Shown: positions 1-9,063, counted from the stretch's first letter. The stretch is DNA of 32,000 bases from Aliivibrio fischeri ES114 (GCF_000011805.1 NC_006840.2); one strand, 5' to 3'. Numbers and translations are program-made. The notes: generated by a model from the sequence alone, not told the origin.

Positions 1-429
1 AAAAATCAACGCCCTGAGTTATGGAATACGTATAACGGACAAGTCAATAAAGGGGAAAGTATTCGAGTATTCCCGCTTTCAAACTGGACTGAGTTGGACA
101 TTTGGCAATACATCTATTTAGAAAATATTGAAATTGTTCCTCTGTATTTATCAGAGAAACGCCCAGTAGTTGAGCGTGATGGCATGTTGATCATGGTAGA
201 CGATGAGCGCTTAAAACTGGAAGAAGGTGAAGAGATCCAACATAAAGATATTCGTTTTAGAACTCTAGGTTGTTATCCATTAACAGGCGCGGTGGAATCA
301 AAAGCGAATACATTGCCTGAAATTATTGAAGAGATGTTAGTTGCGACCTCCAGTGAGCGTCAAGGACGAGCGATAGATCATGATTCATCTGGCTCCATGG
401 AGCTCAAGAAGCGTCAAGGTTACTTTTAA
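1..429 (+). CDS. cysD: Sulfate adenylyltransferase subunit 2 (CysD), C-terminal part; the 5' end lies upstream of the window
   Basis: Frame 1 is open from base 1 ([37 protein letters not shown]...) and runs into listed ORF 94..429. That ORF ends ...[12 protein letters not shown]...[25 protein letters not shown], the typical CysD C-terminus. cysN starts 30 nt downstream. Confidence 0.9.
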   Translation, partial: KNQRPELWNTYNGQVNKGESIRVFPLSNWTELDIWQYIYLENIEIVPLYLSEKRPVVERDGMLIMVDDERLKLEEGEEIQHKDIRFRTLGCYPLTGAVESKANTLPEIIEEMLVATSSERQGRAIDHDSSGSMELKKRQGYF

Positions 430-458
430 TATCAGGCATCTAAGGAAGGATTAAATAA

Positions 459-1895
459 ATGAATAGTGCAGTAGAGCAACAACTGGCAGAGCTTGGTATT
501 GAAGCTTATTTAAAAGAACATCAATACAAATCATTACTTCGTTTTTTAACGTGTGGATCAGTAGATGATGGTAAAAGTACCCTCATAGGCCGATTACTCC
601 ATGATTCAAAACAAATCTATGCAGATCAACTAGATGCAGTTCATGCTGACAGCCAACGAGTGGGTACTACGGGTGAGCGTCCAGATTTAGCTTTATTGGT
701 TGATGGCCTGCAAGCTGAACGTGAGCAAGGTATTACGATTGATGTGGCATATCGTTACTTCTCAACTCAAAAACGTAAATTCATCATTGCAGATACGCCA
801 GGGCATGAGCAATACACTCGTAATATGGCTACGGGCGCATCAACCTGTAATGTCGCCGTGATTTTGATTGATGCTCGTAAAGGGGTGCTTGATCAAACTC
901 GCCGTCACTCTTATATCGCAAATCTTCTTGGTATTCGTCATTTTGTAGTAGCTGTGAATAAAATGGATTTAGTTGAATATTCTCAATCTCGTTTTGAAGA
1001 GATTAAAGAGGAATACTTAGCTTTTTCTAAGAAATTGAATAATCCAAATTTAGATATTTCTATTTTACCTTTATCTGCATTAGAAGGAGATAACGTAGTA
1101 AATCCAAGTGATGCATTATCTTGGTATCAAGGTGAACCACTATTAGAAGTCCTTGAGAATGTGGATATTGATGCAGATAAAGGCAATGGTGAGTTTAGAT
1201 TCCCTGTGCAATACGTTAATCGTCCAAACTTAGATTTTCGTGGTTTTGCTGGAACGGTCTCTTCTGGTGGAATTTCTGTTGGTGATGAAATTGTGGCTTT
1301 ACCATCAGGTAAAAAATCGAAAGTCGCTCGTATTGTTACCTTTGATGGTGATTTAACATCTGCTCAAGCAGGCCAAGCGGTAACGCTAACACTTGAGGAT
1401 GAAATTGATATTAGTCGTGGTGACTTGTTAGTTAAATCACAGTCGAACTTGCAAGCCACGGATCAGTTTAAAGCTGAGATTGTATGGATGACGGAAAAAG
1501 GATTAGAACCGGGTCGTCAATACGATATTAAAATTGCAGGCAAGAAAACCGTTGGGCAAATTGATGCTATTCACCATCAAGTGAACATCAACAGTCTAGA
1601 AAAGTTTGATACTCAAGAGTTGCCGCTGAATGGTATTGGTTTATGTGATGTATCGTTAACGGAAACCGTGAGTTTAGATCGTTATCAAGATTGCGCAGAT
1701 ACTGGCGGGTTTATTTTTATTGATCGTCTAACTAATGTAACGGTAGGGGCTGGGATGATCCAAAACCTATCTGATTTGAGTGAGAGTAAGCCAATTAATG
1801 ACAATATCAGTGCGTTTGAAATTGAGCTAAATGCGTTAATTCGTAAGCACTTCCCGCATTGGGAAACCAAAGATATTTCTAAGCTTTTAGGCTAA
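459..1895 (+). CDS. cysN: Sulfate adenylyltransferase subunit 1 (CysN), translational-GTPase-like
   Basis: 478 aa. GTPase motifs are GSVDDGKST (G1), DTPGHEQY (G3) and NKMD (G4). Length and order after cysD match CysN. The RBS is taaggaagga upstream. Confidence 0.93.
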   Translation: MNSAVEQQLAELGIEAYLKEHQYKSLLRFLTCGSVDDGKSTLIGRLLHDSKQIYADQLDAVHADSQRVGTTGERPDLALLVDGLQAEREQGITIDVAYRYFSTQKRKFIIADTPGHEQYTRNMATGASTCNVAVILIDARKGVLDQTRRHSYIANLLGIRHFVVAVNKMDLVEYSQSRFEEIKEEYLAFSKKLNNPNLDISILPLSALEGDNVVNPSDALSWYQGEPLLEVLENVDIDADKGNGEFRFPVQYVNRPNLDFRGFAGTVSSGGISVGDEIVALPSGKKSKVARIVTFDGDLTSAQAGQAVTLTLEDEIDISRGDLLVKSQSNLQATDQFKAEIVWMTEKGLEPGRQYDIKIAGKKTVGQIDAIHHQVNINSLEKFDTQELPLNGIGLCDVSLTETVSLDRYQDCADTGGFIFIDRLTNVTVGAGMIQNLSDLSESKPINDNISAFEIELNALIRKHFPHWETKDISKLLG

Positions 1896-1906
1896 GGACT
1901 GTCACT

Positions 1907-3634
1907 ATGGCATGGGAACAAGGATTCGTTCTGGCGTTATTAACTCTGATTATTGTGAGTTTATTGGCAAGTAAGTTAAAACCAAGCGTCATATTTGCAG
2001 GCTCTGCATTTATTGCTTTTATGGTTGGTATGATTGATTTACCTAGCTTGGCAAAAAACTTTACTAATTCATCTTTGCTAACGCTAGTGCTGCTTATTTT
2101 AAGTTCTTGTGCTTTAGAAAAAACACGTCTTATCAGTTGGGTTGGGCGTTATATTTCTGAAGGAAGGTTAGGGAGTGTGGTAGGCAAATTAGGTCTATCT
2201 ACTGCCTTACTTTCTTCTTTTACCAATAATACAGCGGTTGTGGTTTCACTGATTGGAGCAATCAAACGTAATCAACGACACGCTCCTTCACGATTACTTA
2301 TTCCCTTATCTTATGCCGCTATCTTAGGTGGAACATTAACGTTAATTGGTACTTCAACGAACCTTATCATTAATAGTTTTGTGGAAGACACTGGTTTACC
2401 GAGTTTAAGTTTCTTTGCCCCTACAACGATTGGTCTAGCCGTTCTATTTGGTGGTTTATTGATTTTAATTCCACTGAGTTATTTATTGCCTCAGTACGAT
2501 GAAAGTCATCAAGATGAATTACCGTATTTTTTAGAAGCAAGAGTAGAGGGTGGCTCACCACTAGTAGGCAAATCAATCAGTGAAAATAACCTTCGAGCAT
2601 TGCGTAAGCTGTTTTTAGCGGAAGTGATTCGTAATGGAAAAACCATACCATCGGTTGATCCAGATATGATTTTATTAGCTGGAGATAGGCTGCTGTTTTG
2701 TGGGGACATTGAAAGTGTTACGACGTTACAAGAAATTAATGGCTTAACCTTATTTGGTCAGCATCATTTAAATGGACAGAACCTACTTGAAGTTGTTGTA
2801 AGCCAATCGGCTTCTATTCGTGGAAAAAGCATTAAGTCAGCTCAATTTAGAGAACGCTTTGATGCGGTAGTGGTTGCTATTCGCCGAGGGCATGAACGAC
2901 TTGAAGGTGGATTAGGAAAAATTGAATTACAAGCAGGGGATACATTAATTTTGGTTCCCGGCAAAGACTTTGAACAGAGCAAGCAACAACTAAAACGTGA
3001 ATTCGTCATTATCAGTGATTTAGATTCAGCTGCAAAACTGGATGGAGATAAGAGTGCTTTAGTTTTGGTTGGTTTTGCTGCTGTGATTACCGCTGCTTTA
3101 CTTGATGTGTTTCCTATTATTAAAGGACTCTCTGTTTATCTACTCGGTATGCTAGCGCTAGGTATTATTAATTTAGGTGAAATTCGTAGACGATTCCCAA
3201 TTGATATTGTTGTTATTGTTGGTGCAGCGCTTTCTATCGCACAGTTAATGTTGTCATCAGGACTATCTGTTCAATTAGGTGAAATATTTATTGAGCTGTT
3301 TAATGGCTGGGGAGTAATGGGAGCATTAATTGCGGTATACCTTATTACGTTGGTGTTGACTGAACTTATTACCAATAATGCAGCGGCAGCACTGGCTTTT
3401 CCTATTGGTTATAGCATGGCATTGGGGTATGGCGTTGATCCCATGCCTTTTATTATGGCGGTGCTTTTTGGTGCGAGTGCCAGTTTTATTTCCCCTTATG
3501 GATATCAAACTAATCTACTCGTTTTTAGTGTGGGCAATTACACACTGCTCGATTATGTGAAAGTGGGATTACCCATGTCGATTATTTATTCGGTATTGGT
3601 ATTAGCATTAATCCCTTATTTTTTCCCATTTTAA
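1907..3634 (+). CDS. SLC13/DASS-type anion permease with two central TrkA-C (RCK_C) domains; putative sulfate transporter by context
   Basis: 575 aa with many hydrophobic helices at both ends. The soluble middle holds two TrkA-C-like repeats (...GSPLVGKSISE...ILLAGDRLLFCGD... and ...SASIRGKSIKS...ELQAGDTLILVPG...). It starts 12 nt after the cysN stop and ends 15 nt before cysC, so it appears co-transcribed. The substrate is inferred only. Confidence 0.8.
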   Translation: MAWEQGFVLALLTLIIVSLLASKLKPSVIFAGSAFIAFMVGMIDLPSLAKNFTNSSLLTLVLLILSSCALEKTRLISWVGRYISEGRLGSVVGKLGLSTALLSSFTNNTAVVVSLIGAIKRNQRHAPSRLLIPLSYAAILGGTLTLIGTSTNLIINSFVEDTGLPSLSFFAPTTIGLAVLFGGLLILIPLSYLLPQYDESHQDELPYFLEARVEGGSPLVGKSISENNLRALRKLFLAEVIRNGKTIPSVDPDMILLAGDRLLFCGDIESVTTLQEINGLTLFGQHHLNGQNLLEVVVSQSASIRGKSIKSAQFRERFDAVVVAIRRGHERLEGGLGKIELQAGDTLILVPGKDFEQSKQQLKREFVIISDLDSAAKLDGDKSALVLVGFAAVITAALLDVFPIIKGLSVYLLGMLALGIINLGEIRRRFPIDIVVIVGAALSIAQLMLSSGLSVQLGEIFIELFNGWGVMGALIAVYLITLVLTELITNNAAAALAFPIGYSMALGYGVDPMPFIMAVLFGASASFISPYGYQTNLLVFSVGNYTLLDYVKVGLPMSIIYSVLVLALIPYFFPF

Positions 3635-3648
3635 TTCAAGGATGAAAC

Positions 3649-4263
3649 ATGACAGCACTATCAGTAATAAAAGATGAGAATGTCGTTTGGCATCAGCATA
3701 CAGTAACAAAGGAAATTCGTTCCGATCTTAAAAAACAAAAACCGGCGGTGCTTTGGTTTACTGGATTATCGGGGGCAGGGAAATCAACCATTGCAGGTGC
3801 ATTAGAAAGTAAATTGGCAGAGCTTGGGTATCATACCTATTTACTTGATGGCGATAATGTTCGTCATGGTTTATGTAAAGATTTGGGCTTTTCAGATCAT
3901 GATAGGCAAGAAAACATTAGACGTATTGGTGAGCTTTCAAAGTTGATGGCAGATGCAGGGCTTATTGTATTAAGTGCGTTTATTTCACCTCATAGAGCTG
4001 AGCGTCAAATGGTTCGAGAATTACTGCCTGAGGGGGAGTTTTTAGAAGTCTTTGTGAATACCTCTCTGGATGAGTGTGAAAAAAGAGATCCGAAGGGCTT
4101 ATATAAAAAGGCACGAGCTGGTGAGATAAAACATTTCACAGGGATTGACTCTGAATATCAACAACCGTTAAGCCCTGAAATTGATTTGCCCGCAGGAACT
4201 CAGTCGATAGAAGCATTAGTTGAACAGTGTTTAGAAGAGCTAAAAGTACGTTCAATTATCTAG
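3649..4263 (+). CDS. cysC: Adenylyl-sulfate (APS) kinase
   Basis: 204 aa. P-loop [13 protein letters not shown], the [10 protein letters not shown] motif and FISPHRAER are typical of CysC. It is the last gene of the cysDN-X-C unit. Confidence 0.93.
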   Translation: MTALSVIKDENVVWHQHTVTKEIRSDLKKQKPAVLWFTGLSGAGKSTIAGALESKLAELGYHTYLLDGDNVRHGLCKDLGFSDHDRQENIRRIGELSKLMADAGLIVLSAFISPHRAERQMVRELLPEGEFLEVFVNTSLDECEKRDPKGLYKKARAGEIKHFTGIDSEYQQPLSPEIDLPAGTQSIEALVEQCLEELKVRSII

Positions 4264-4272
4264 AAGAAAAAT

Positions 4273-4320
4273 AGCCCTAATAGTGATTGTTTTTGGAACT
4301 ACTAGGGCTTTAATTATTTT
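4273..4320. terminator. Bidirectional rho-independent terminator between convergent cysC and the 4347..5282 gene
   Basis: 12-bp stem agccctaatagt (4273-4284) / actactagggct (4298-4309) with one mismatch. It is followed by ttaattattttt on + and by atttttcttc on the complement. Confidence 0.6.
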
Positions 4321-4346
4321 TGATGCTTATCTATTAACTTAGACAA

Positions 4347-5282
4347 CTAAGCCATCGTTGAAATGGATTTTGCAGCAACATCCGTTTCAACCATAAACTT
4401 CTGACTTAATAAACTGATGAGATTATCGTAATAATTTTCATTCGGCTTATTGCCTAGCAGTTTACATAGCTCAGCACCAGTAGGACTAAATCGGTAATAT
4501 ACCAATCGAGACCCTTTTTGCATTGGTTTTATTGCGATGTTCTTCCCTTGATATTGCAAGGGTAAGGCGGGTTCAAACTCAATCTCTCCTGACTCTAGTT
4601 CAGTGCTAAGTAGTAAACCTAATTCAATAAGAAGTAATAAACTTGAATAAGGTAGTTTGTAGTTACCTAAATGAATGAGTTGAGGCCCATCGGTTTTATA
4701 GAAATTAAAAAAAGTACCAGCACACTTATAACCCAATAGGAGCTTTTTACTGTTGTCTTGTCCAAAGCTACATGCGAGTGAAGCTGCTCTTTGAAATGTT
4801 TGAGCTTCGCGTTGGGTCATGTCTTTTAGAACTTTAAGGGCTTTCATTGAAGTGGAACCAGGGCTAATCACTTCTTGTTTGAATATTTGGCTCCACAGTT
4901 TTTGCATTGATGAGTCGTGGATATCTTTTGCCATTTCAAAGAAACGATGTAGCCAATCAGGATCTGGGTCGCCTGCGGTTTCATCATTGCAATAATCGTG
5001 AGCGAGTTTTACGATTTTTTCTAAATTTTGTTGTTGTTGTTCACGCAATAATTTCTCACGATATAACGCACGTTTAAGCAGTGTTTCTTCTGGCTTTGGA
5101 GGCTGAAGATTGGCCGCAAGACCTTGCTGAATTGCAATTTCTTTTAGTCGTCTAGCGCTGCTAACTACATAATGTTCTTTTTTATGAGTTGGTTGTTCTT
5201 TTTTAGTTGTTTCATCTTTAGTGATGATAGTTTGCTGCGTATTCATGAGTTCGCCTAGCTTCGATTTAACATGATTTCCCAT
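4347..5282 (-). CDS. Conserved hypothetical protein, DUF2806-like C-terminal region (possibly the TIGR03899-type family of marine gammaproteobacteria)
   Basis: Long ORF. The N-terminal ~110 aa are K/E/Q-rich. Then comes DPDPDWLHRFFEMAKDIHDSSMQKLWSQIFKQEVISPGSTSMKALKVLKDMTQREAQTF, which resembles the DUF2806 signature as I recall it. The listed start at 5321 is a TTG, so I place the start at the first ATG (5282); ATG 5246 is also possible. The family call was not verified by search. Confidence 0.6.
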   Translation of the reverse strand: MGNHVKSKLGELMNTQQTIITKDETTKKEQPTHKKEHYVVSSARRLKEIAIQQGLAANLQPPKPEETLLKRALYREKLLREQQQQNLEKIVKLAHDYCNDETAGDPDPDWLHRFFEMAKDIHDSSMQKLWSQIFKQEVISPGSTSMKALKVLKDMTQREAQTFQRAASLACSFGQDNSKKLLLGYKCAGTFFNFYKTDGPQLIHLGNYKLPYSSLLLLIELGLLLSTELESGEIEFEPALPLQYQGKNIAIKPMQKGSRLVYYRFSPTGAELCKLLGNKPNENYYDNLISLLSQKFMVETDVAAKSISTMA

Positions 5283-5425
5283 TATCTTATCGGTTGCTGA
5301 AAATAAAAACTTTAATCTCAAAGCGATATTTGCGAGTTAGTCAAATAAAGTAGCAGGTAATTAGTGGCGAAATGATAAATTCTTGTTAAAATAAATCAGT
5401 TGATTAATAACGTTGGAGAGGGGAA

Positions 5426-5518
5426 ATGAAAGAGTCAAATTTTAAGAAGATTCTATTTAGCGTTACATTGGTTAGTGTTTATGCAGTAACACTGGTTTAT
5501 TTATCTAATTATATTTAA
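5426..5518 (+). CDS. Candidate small hydrophobic protein (30 aa: MKESNFKKILFSVTLVSVYAVTLVYLSNYI)
   Basis: It is below the ORF-track cutoff and was found by reading the intergenic region. A strong SD, ggagagggg, ends 3-7 nt before the ATG. The peptide has a charged N-terminus plus one TM-length hydrophobic stretch. Its 3' end is part of a 14-bp inverted repeat. Confidence 0.3.
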   Translation: MKESNFKKILFSVTLVSVYAVTLVYLSNYI

Positions 5519-5553
5519 CTAAACAAAATAAACCAGTGTAAAATATTTGTTAA

Positions 5554-6039
5554 TTATTCATCATCATATTCTTCTAATCTTACGCCTTCAATAAGATAAC
5601 CGGTTTCAGCAAGTTCACTATCAATGGTTTCTGTTTTTAACTTACCAACAATATAAATGACATCCCACAACTGCTGTATTGGAGCACCTTTTTCGAATTT
5701 CACGTAAATAATTTGGTTTGGTGGTGGTGGTGGAACATGAATACATGCACCAAAGTAAGGCACTAACAGAAATTCTGTGATCATTTTATCGTCGCCCTCT
5801 AAAGGGATCACAAAACCGGGTATTTTTACCATACTTCCGTTTAATTCTTGTCTAACCGAACCCACTAAAGATTGTTGCATTTGACCACCATTGTGATCAA
5901 TTTTAGGCATTCCCATTGAATCAAATTGATTTCTTTCTTGTTCAGGAATCAAATCAATCCAATCAAGTTTTAGTACCTCATTACTGAATGCACTAAAAGG
6001 CATCAGCATTAATAGGCAGATAATTATTTTCTTTTTCAT
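5554..6039 (-). CDS. zrgD: DUF3299-family periplasmic protein (ZrgD-like)
   Basis: 161 aa. Signal peptide MKKKIIICLLMLMPFSAFS. The motif FGACIHVPPPPPNQ is typical of DUF3299. It lies 11 nt downstream of the permease gene in the same operon. Confidence 0.75.
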   Translation of the reverse strand: MKKKIIICLLMLMPFSAFSNEVLKLDWIDLIPEQERNQFDSMGMPKIDHNGGQMQQSLVGSVRQELNGSMVKIPGFVIPLEGDDKMITEFLLVPYFGACIHVPPPPPNQIIYVKFEKGAPIQQLWDVIYIVGKLKTETIDSELAETGYLIEGVRLEEYDDE

Positions 6040-6050
6040 TAAAAGGGTCC

Positions 6051-7310
6051 TTATAACCTTATTGTCATGCCATCACTTAAAGAGTGTCGGTAAGCTTGTA
6101 TTGCTGGAATAACGCCAATCACAAAGCCTGAGCACAAAACAAGACCAAGTAGCTTGAGCTCATAAAGTGTTGGTAGGGTTAACTCAATGGCAATGCCATA
6201 ATATTGTTGGATTATAGGTTGTAGAATACTGAGAGATAAGTAAAGCCCCATTAGGCCTACTATGATCCCAAAGCTGGTTATTACAACAGCTTCACTAATC
6301 AATAAGATAAAAATATGCTTAGGTTGAGCCCCCATTGCACGCAAGATAGCCATTTCTCTACGGCGCTCTTGCAAGCTAGTTAATAGGCTTGTTAGCATTC
6401 CCATTAAGCCCGCGGCAACAACAAAAACAGATACGGCTAAGAGCGCTTGCTCTGCCACAGACATCATTCCCCATAATTCATGTAATGCGATACCTGGAAG
6501 AATGGCACTAAGTGGTTCTTTTGAATATTCATTAATGTAGCGTTGTAGAGCAAAGGTTTGAATCTTTGATTTTAATCCAAGCATGAAAGCTGTGATTTCT
6601 GCAGGTTCAAATTTTTGCTTTTCTAAGACTTTTGCATCTGGAGTATTGCCTAAATGCGCACCGCTTTCCCAGCCTACATGAATGGCTGATATTGCTTCTA
6701 GTGAAACATGTAGGGTTTTATCTACAGGTGTTCCTGTTGGTTTTAAAATACCTACGACAGTAAAAGGTAAATTATCGTGTCTGGTAAAAGACTTATCACT
6801 GATCCCGTGCGCAATAACCAATTTATCCCCTAAATGATAATTGAGTTTATTAGCAACATCAGCACCTAATACGACATCAAATAATCCATTAAATGATTTG
6901 CCTTCTTTAAACTCAAGAGGCTGTTTTTTTCCATATTGATAAAAACGAAAATAGTCTTGATTCGTCCCCATGACACGGAAACCTTTATGGGAATCACCTA
7001 GAGAAATCGGAATAGCCCACTTTACTGCTCTTTGATGAATGATTTCTTGATAGCTTTTCCAATCAATATTATTTGTCGCATTACCTATTCTAAAAACAGA
7101 ATAAAGCAGTAGGTTAACTTGACCAGAACGAGCACCAACAATCAAATCAGTATTCGAAATCGTGTTCGCAAAACTATTCTTAGCTTCTGTACGAATGCGT
7201 TCTACACCGACCAATAGCATTACCGAAATAGCAATAGTTGCAACAGTAAGTAATACAGTTGTTTTACGATTAATTAGACTTTTCCAGGCTAATTTTGTAA
7301 TGCCTATCAT
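6051..7310 (-). CDS. zrgC: ABC transporter permease, FtsX/MacB-type (ZrgC-like)
   Basis: 419 aa. The topology is an N-terminal TM, a large periplasmic domain and three C-terminal TMs, characteristic of FtsX-like permeases. Its start overlaps the upstream ATPase stop by 4 nt. Confidence 0.8.
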   Translation of the reverse strand: MIGITKLAWKSLINRKTTVLLTVATIAISVMLLVGVERIRTEAKNSFANTISNTDLIVGARSGQVNLLLYSVFRIGNATNNIDWKSYQEIIHQRAVKWAIPISLGDSHKGFRVMGTNQDYFRFYQYGKKQPLEFKEGKSFNGLFDVVLGADVANKLNYHLGDKLVIAHGISDKSFTRHDNLPFTVVGILKPTGTPVDKTLHVSLEAISAIHVGWESGAHLGNTPDAKVLEKQKFEPAEITAFMLGLKSKIQTFALQRYINEYSKEPLSAILPGIALHELWGMMSVAEQALLAVSVFVVAAGLMGMLTSLLTSLQERRREMAILRAMGAQPKHIFILLISEAVVITSFGIIVGLMGLYLSLSILQPIIQQYYGIAIELTLPTLYELKLLGLVLCSGFVIGVIPAIQAYRHSLSDGMTIRL

Positions 7311-7993
7311 GAGATGCCTCCTGCTTTATTCAATTCTCTTAAATCAATACTTTGATCGAATAAAGACTCTAAACTTGGGTCATGGCTGACAAAAAGTAAA
7401 CTCGCGTTACTGTTTCCGCACTCATTCATTAATAATTCAATAAAAGCAAAGCGAGTTTCGTGATCCAGTGCTGATGTCGGTTCATCGGCAATGATTAATT
7501 TAGGCTTTCCAATAAAAGCTCTAGCGGCGGCCACTCGTTGCTGTTGGCCAATACTTAAGTCTGTAATTGGCTTATTAAAATGAGAAGCCGGTAATTGAAG
7601 CTGCGTTAAAAGACGTGTTGCTTCTATGCGTAATTCTTTTATAGATAATGTTTTTTTTGAAGAAAATTGATAAGGCAAAATTACATTATCGATAACGGAT
7701 AAATATGGGAGTAAGTTAAATTGCTGGAAAATATAACCAATATTATCAGCTCTGAATCTATCTCTTTGATTTGATGAGAGTTGATTAATATCAGTACCAT
7801 TAATTGTTACACAACCAGACGTTGGTGAAAGGATACCCGTTAAAAGACTCAATAGGGTTGATTTACCACTTCCACTCGGACCTTTAATAAATAGTTTGCT
7901 TCCTTGTTTTTGAGTAAAAGAAGGAATATTTAATGTTAATTCGCTTTGATTGGGCCAATGAAAAGTCAGGTTTGATAATTCAATAATGTTCAT
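7307..7993 (-). CDS. zrgB: ABC transporter ATP-binding protein (ZrgB-like)
   Basis: 228 aa. Walker A GPSGSGKST, ABC signature LSIGQQQRV, Walker B LIIADEPTSALD, H-loop SHD. Confidence 0.88.
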   Translation of the reverse strand: MNIIELSNLTFHWPNQSELTLNIPSFTQKQGSKLFIKGPSGSGKSTLLSLLTGILSPTSGCVTINGTDINQLSSNQRDRFRADNIGYIFQQFNLLPYLSVIDNVILPYQFSSKKTLSIKELRIEATRLLTQLQLPASHFNKPITDLSIGQQQRVAAARAFIGKPKLIIADEPTSALDHETRFAFIELLMNECGNSNASLLFVSHDPSLESLFDQSIDLRELNKAGGIS

Positions 7994-8029
7994 AGTAAAA
8001 CTGGCGATGTTACCACCGCCATACCTAAG

Positions 8030-8674
8030 TTATAGAGTGATAACTGATGATTTTGGTGTTAATGAAGCGGCTTTTTGTCCAGCATCACCAAGATATTGAA
8101 TTGTCATTTTATGTGTATGAGGGAAGTGAGTGAACCACTGAGTTTCTATTTGGTCTAGGTTTGAAATAGCTTCACAGTGATATTCATATTGAGCACTAAA
8201 CTCACCATGCTTGCCATGTTCTTTATGGTGTTCACCATCATGGTGGTCATGGTCATGGTCATGGTCATGGTCATCATGATCATGATCGTTATGATTAACT
8301 AGGTTATGAGATACATGAGCTTCTTCAAATGTACATTTTGCATTTTCAGGAAGTGTAAAGATCAGGTTTGGGTTGTTTAATGTTTTTACTGCATTAGCAA
8401 GTACTTGCTTTTGAGCGTCATCCTTTGGTGCATGTTCAAAACCAACAACATCAGCGCCAGGTGCGGTGATCTCAAACAGTAGGTGATCGCCATCTTGAGC
8501 AATATTGGTTTCAACTACACCATGGACATGAGCATCATGGTGACGATGTTCACTTTCATGATGCTCTCCATCATGATGATTATGATGGTCATTAGCATTT
8601 GCAGCATAACTTACCGAGAATAAAGAACCTGAAACTGCTAAGCAAAGAAGTGTTTTTTTATTACAGATAAACAT
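8030..8674 (-). CDS. zrgA: His-rich periplasmic metal-binding protein, DUF2796-like (ZrgA-like)
   Basis: 214 aa. Signal peptide ...SVSYAANA. Two histidine-rich tracts: NDHHNHHDGEHHESEHRHHDAHVHG and HNDHDHDDHDHDHDHDHHDGEHHKEHGKHG. It sits directly upstream of the ABC ATPase and permease, as in the V. cholerae zrg operon. Confidence 0.75.
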   Translation of the reverse strand: MFICNKKTLLCLAVSGSLFSVSYAANANDHHNHHDGEHHESEHRHHDAHVHGVVETNIAQDGDHLLFEITAPGADVVGFEHAPKDDAQKQVLANAVKTLNNPNLIFTLPENAKCTFEEAHVSHNLVNHNDHDHDDHDHDHDHDHHDGEHHKEHGKHGEFSAQYEYHCEAISNLDQIETQWFTHFPHTHKMTIQYLGDAGQKAASLTPKSSVITL

Positions 8675-8721
8675 AATAATTTCCTATTTTCTAAGAATGA
8701 TAAATTGAATGTGATTATTGT

Positions 8722-9015
8722 TTAGAGAATAGACGGAGTTGGAGGTGCTCGCGAATGAACTGTTATGTTTAAAGGTGATGAGTTTTCAACTATAGAAAAT
8801 AAAGAGCAAATAATTAGCTGGGGGATAACTGGTGGTGATGTAATGTTGATACAAATACCAGAGCTAAATGATTGAAACTGCTGGCAATGATGATCTTCAT
8901 GATGATGTACGTTGGTATCAACTTGGTGATTAGCAACCAAAATACCAAACAACGCTAGGAGTATTGCAAACCCCCAATTTAACCAGCGTTGTTTAGTAAA
9001 GAAATACGATTGCAT
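8722..9015 (-). CDS. Small membrane protein with a His-rich segment; first ORF downstream of the Zur box
   Basis: 97 aa. One N-terminal TM (WLNWGFAILLALFGILVANH) is followed by NVHHHEDHHC. The ORF starts 27 nt downstream of the Zur-box palindrome and ends 47 nt before zrgA. The C-terminal half is low-complexity, so the true extent is uncertain. Confidence 0.5.
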   Translation of the reverse strand: MQSYFFTKQRWLNWGFAILLALFGILVANHQVDTNVHHHEDHHCQQFQSFSSGICINITSPPVIPQLIICSLFSIVENSSPLNITVHSRAPPTPSIL

Positions 9016-9041
9016 TGTACTACCCTAATTGAATGAGTAGT

Positions 9042-9063
9042 AAATGTAATAATATAACATTTT
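9042..9063. promoter_or_regulatory. Zur box (zinc uptake regulator operator)
   Basis: aaatgtaataatataacatttt is close to the gammaproteobacterial Zur consensus GAAATGTTATAnTATAACATTTC. The outer half-sites AAATGT / ACATTT are perfectly palindromic. It overlaps the candidate -10 of the minus-strand promoter. Confidence 0.65.

Noticed and set aside
1685-3560. Short ORFs overlapping cysN and the SLC13 permease (1685..1870, 2509..2709, 3326..3508, 3378..3560).
   Set aside because: They are embedded in confidently assigned genes and show no independent signals.
5283-5321. The N-terminal extension MRLKFLFSATDKI of the 324-aa ORF.
   Set aside because: The listed start codon is TTG (+ strand caa at 5319-5321) with no SD. 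The first ATG at 5282 is more plausible, although the start remains uncertain.
7162-7389. The 75-aa + strand ORF spanning the zrgB/zrgC junction.
   Set aside because: It is antisense to two overlapping, motif-supported ABC transporter genes and has no SD.
8675-8721. A possible second Zur box in the gap between the 97-codon ORF and zrgA (gaatgataaattgaatgtgattatt).
   Set aside because: It is only AT-rich, with no AAATGT...ACATTT dyad. The region is better explained as the spacer carrying the zrgA SD (aggaaa).
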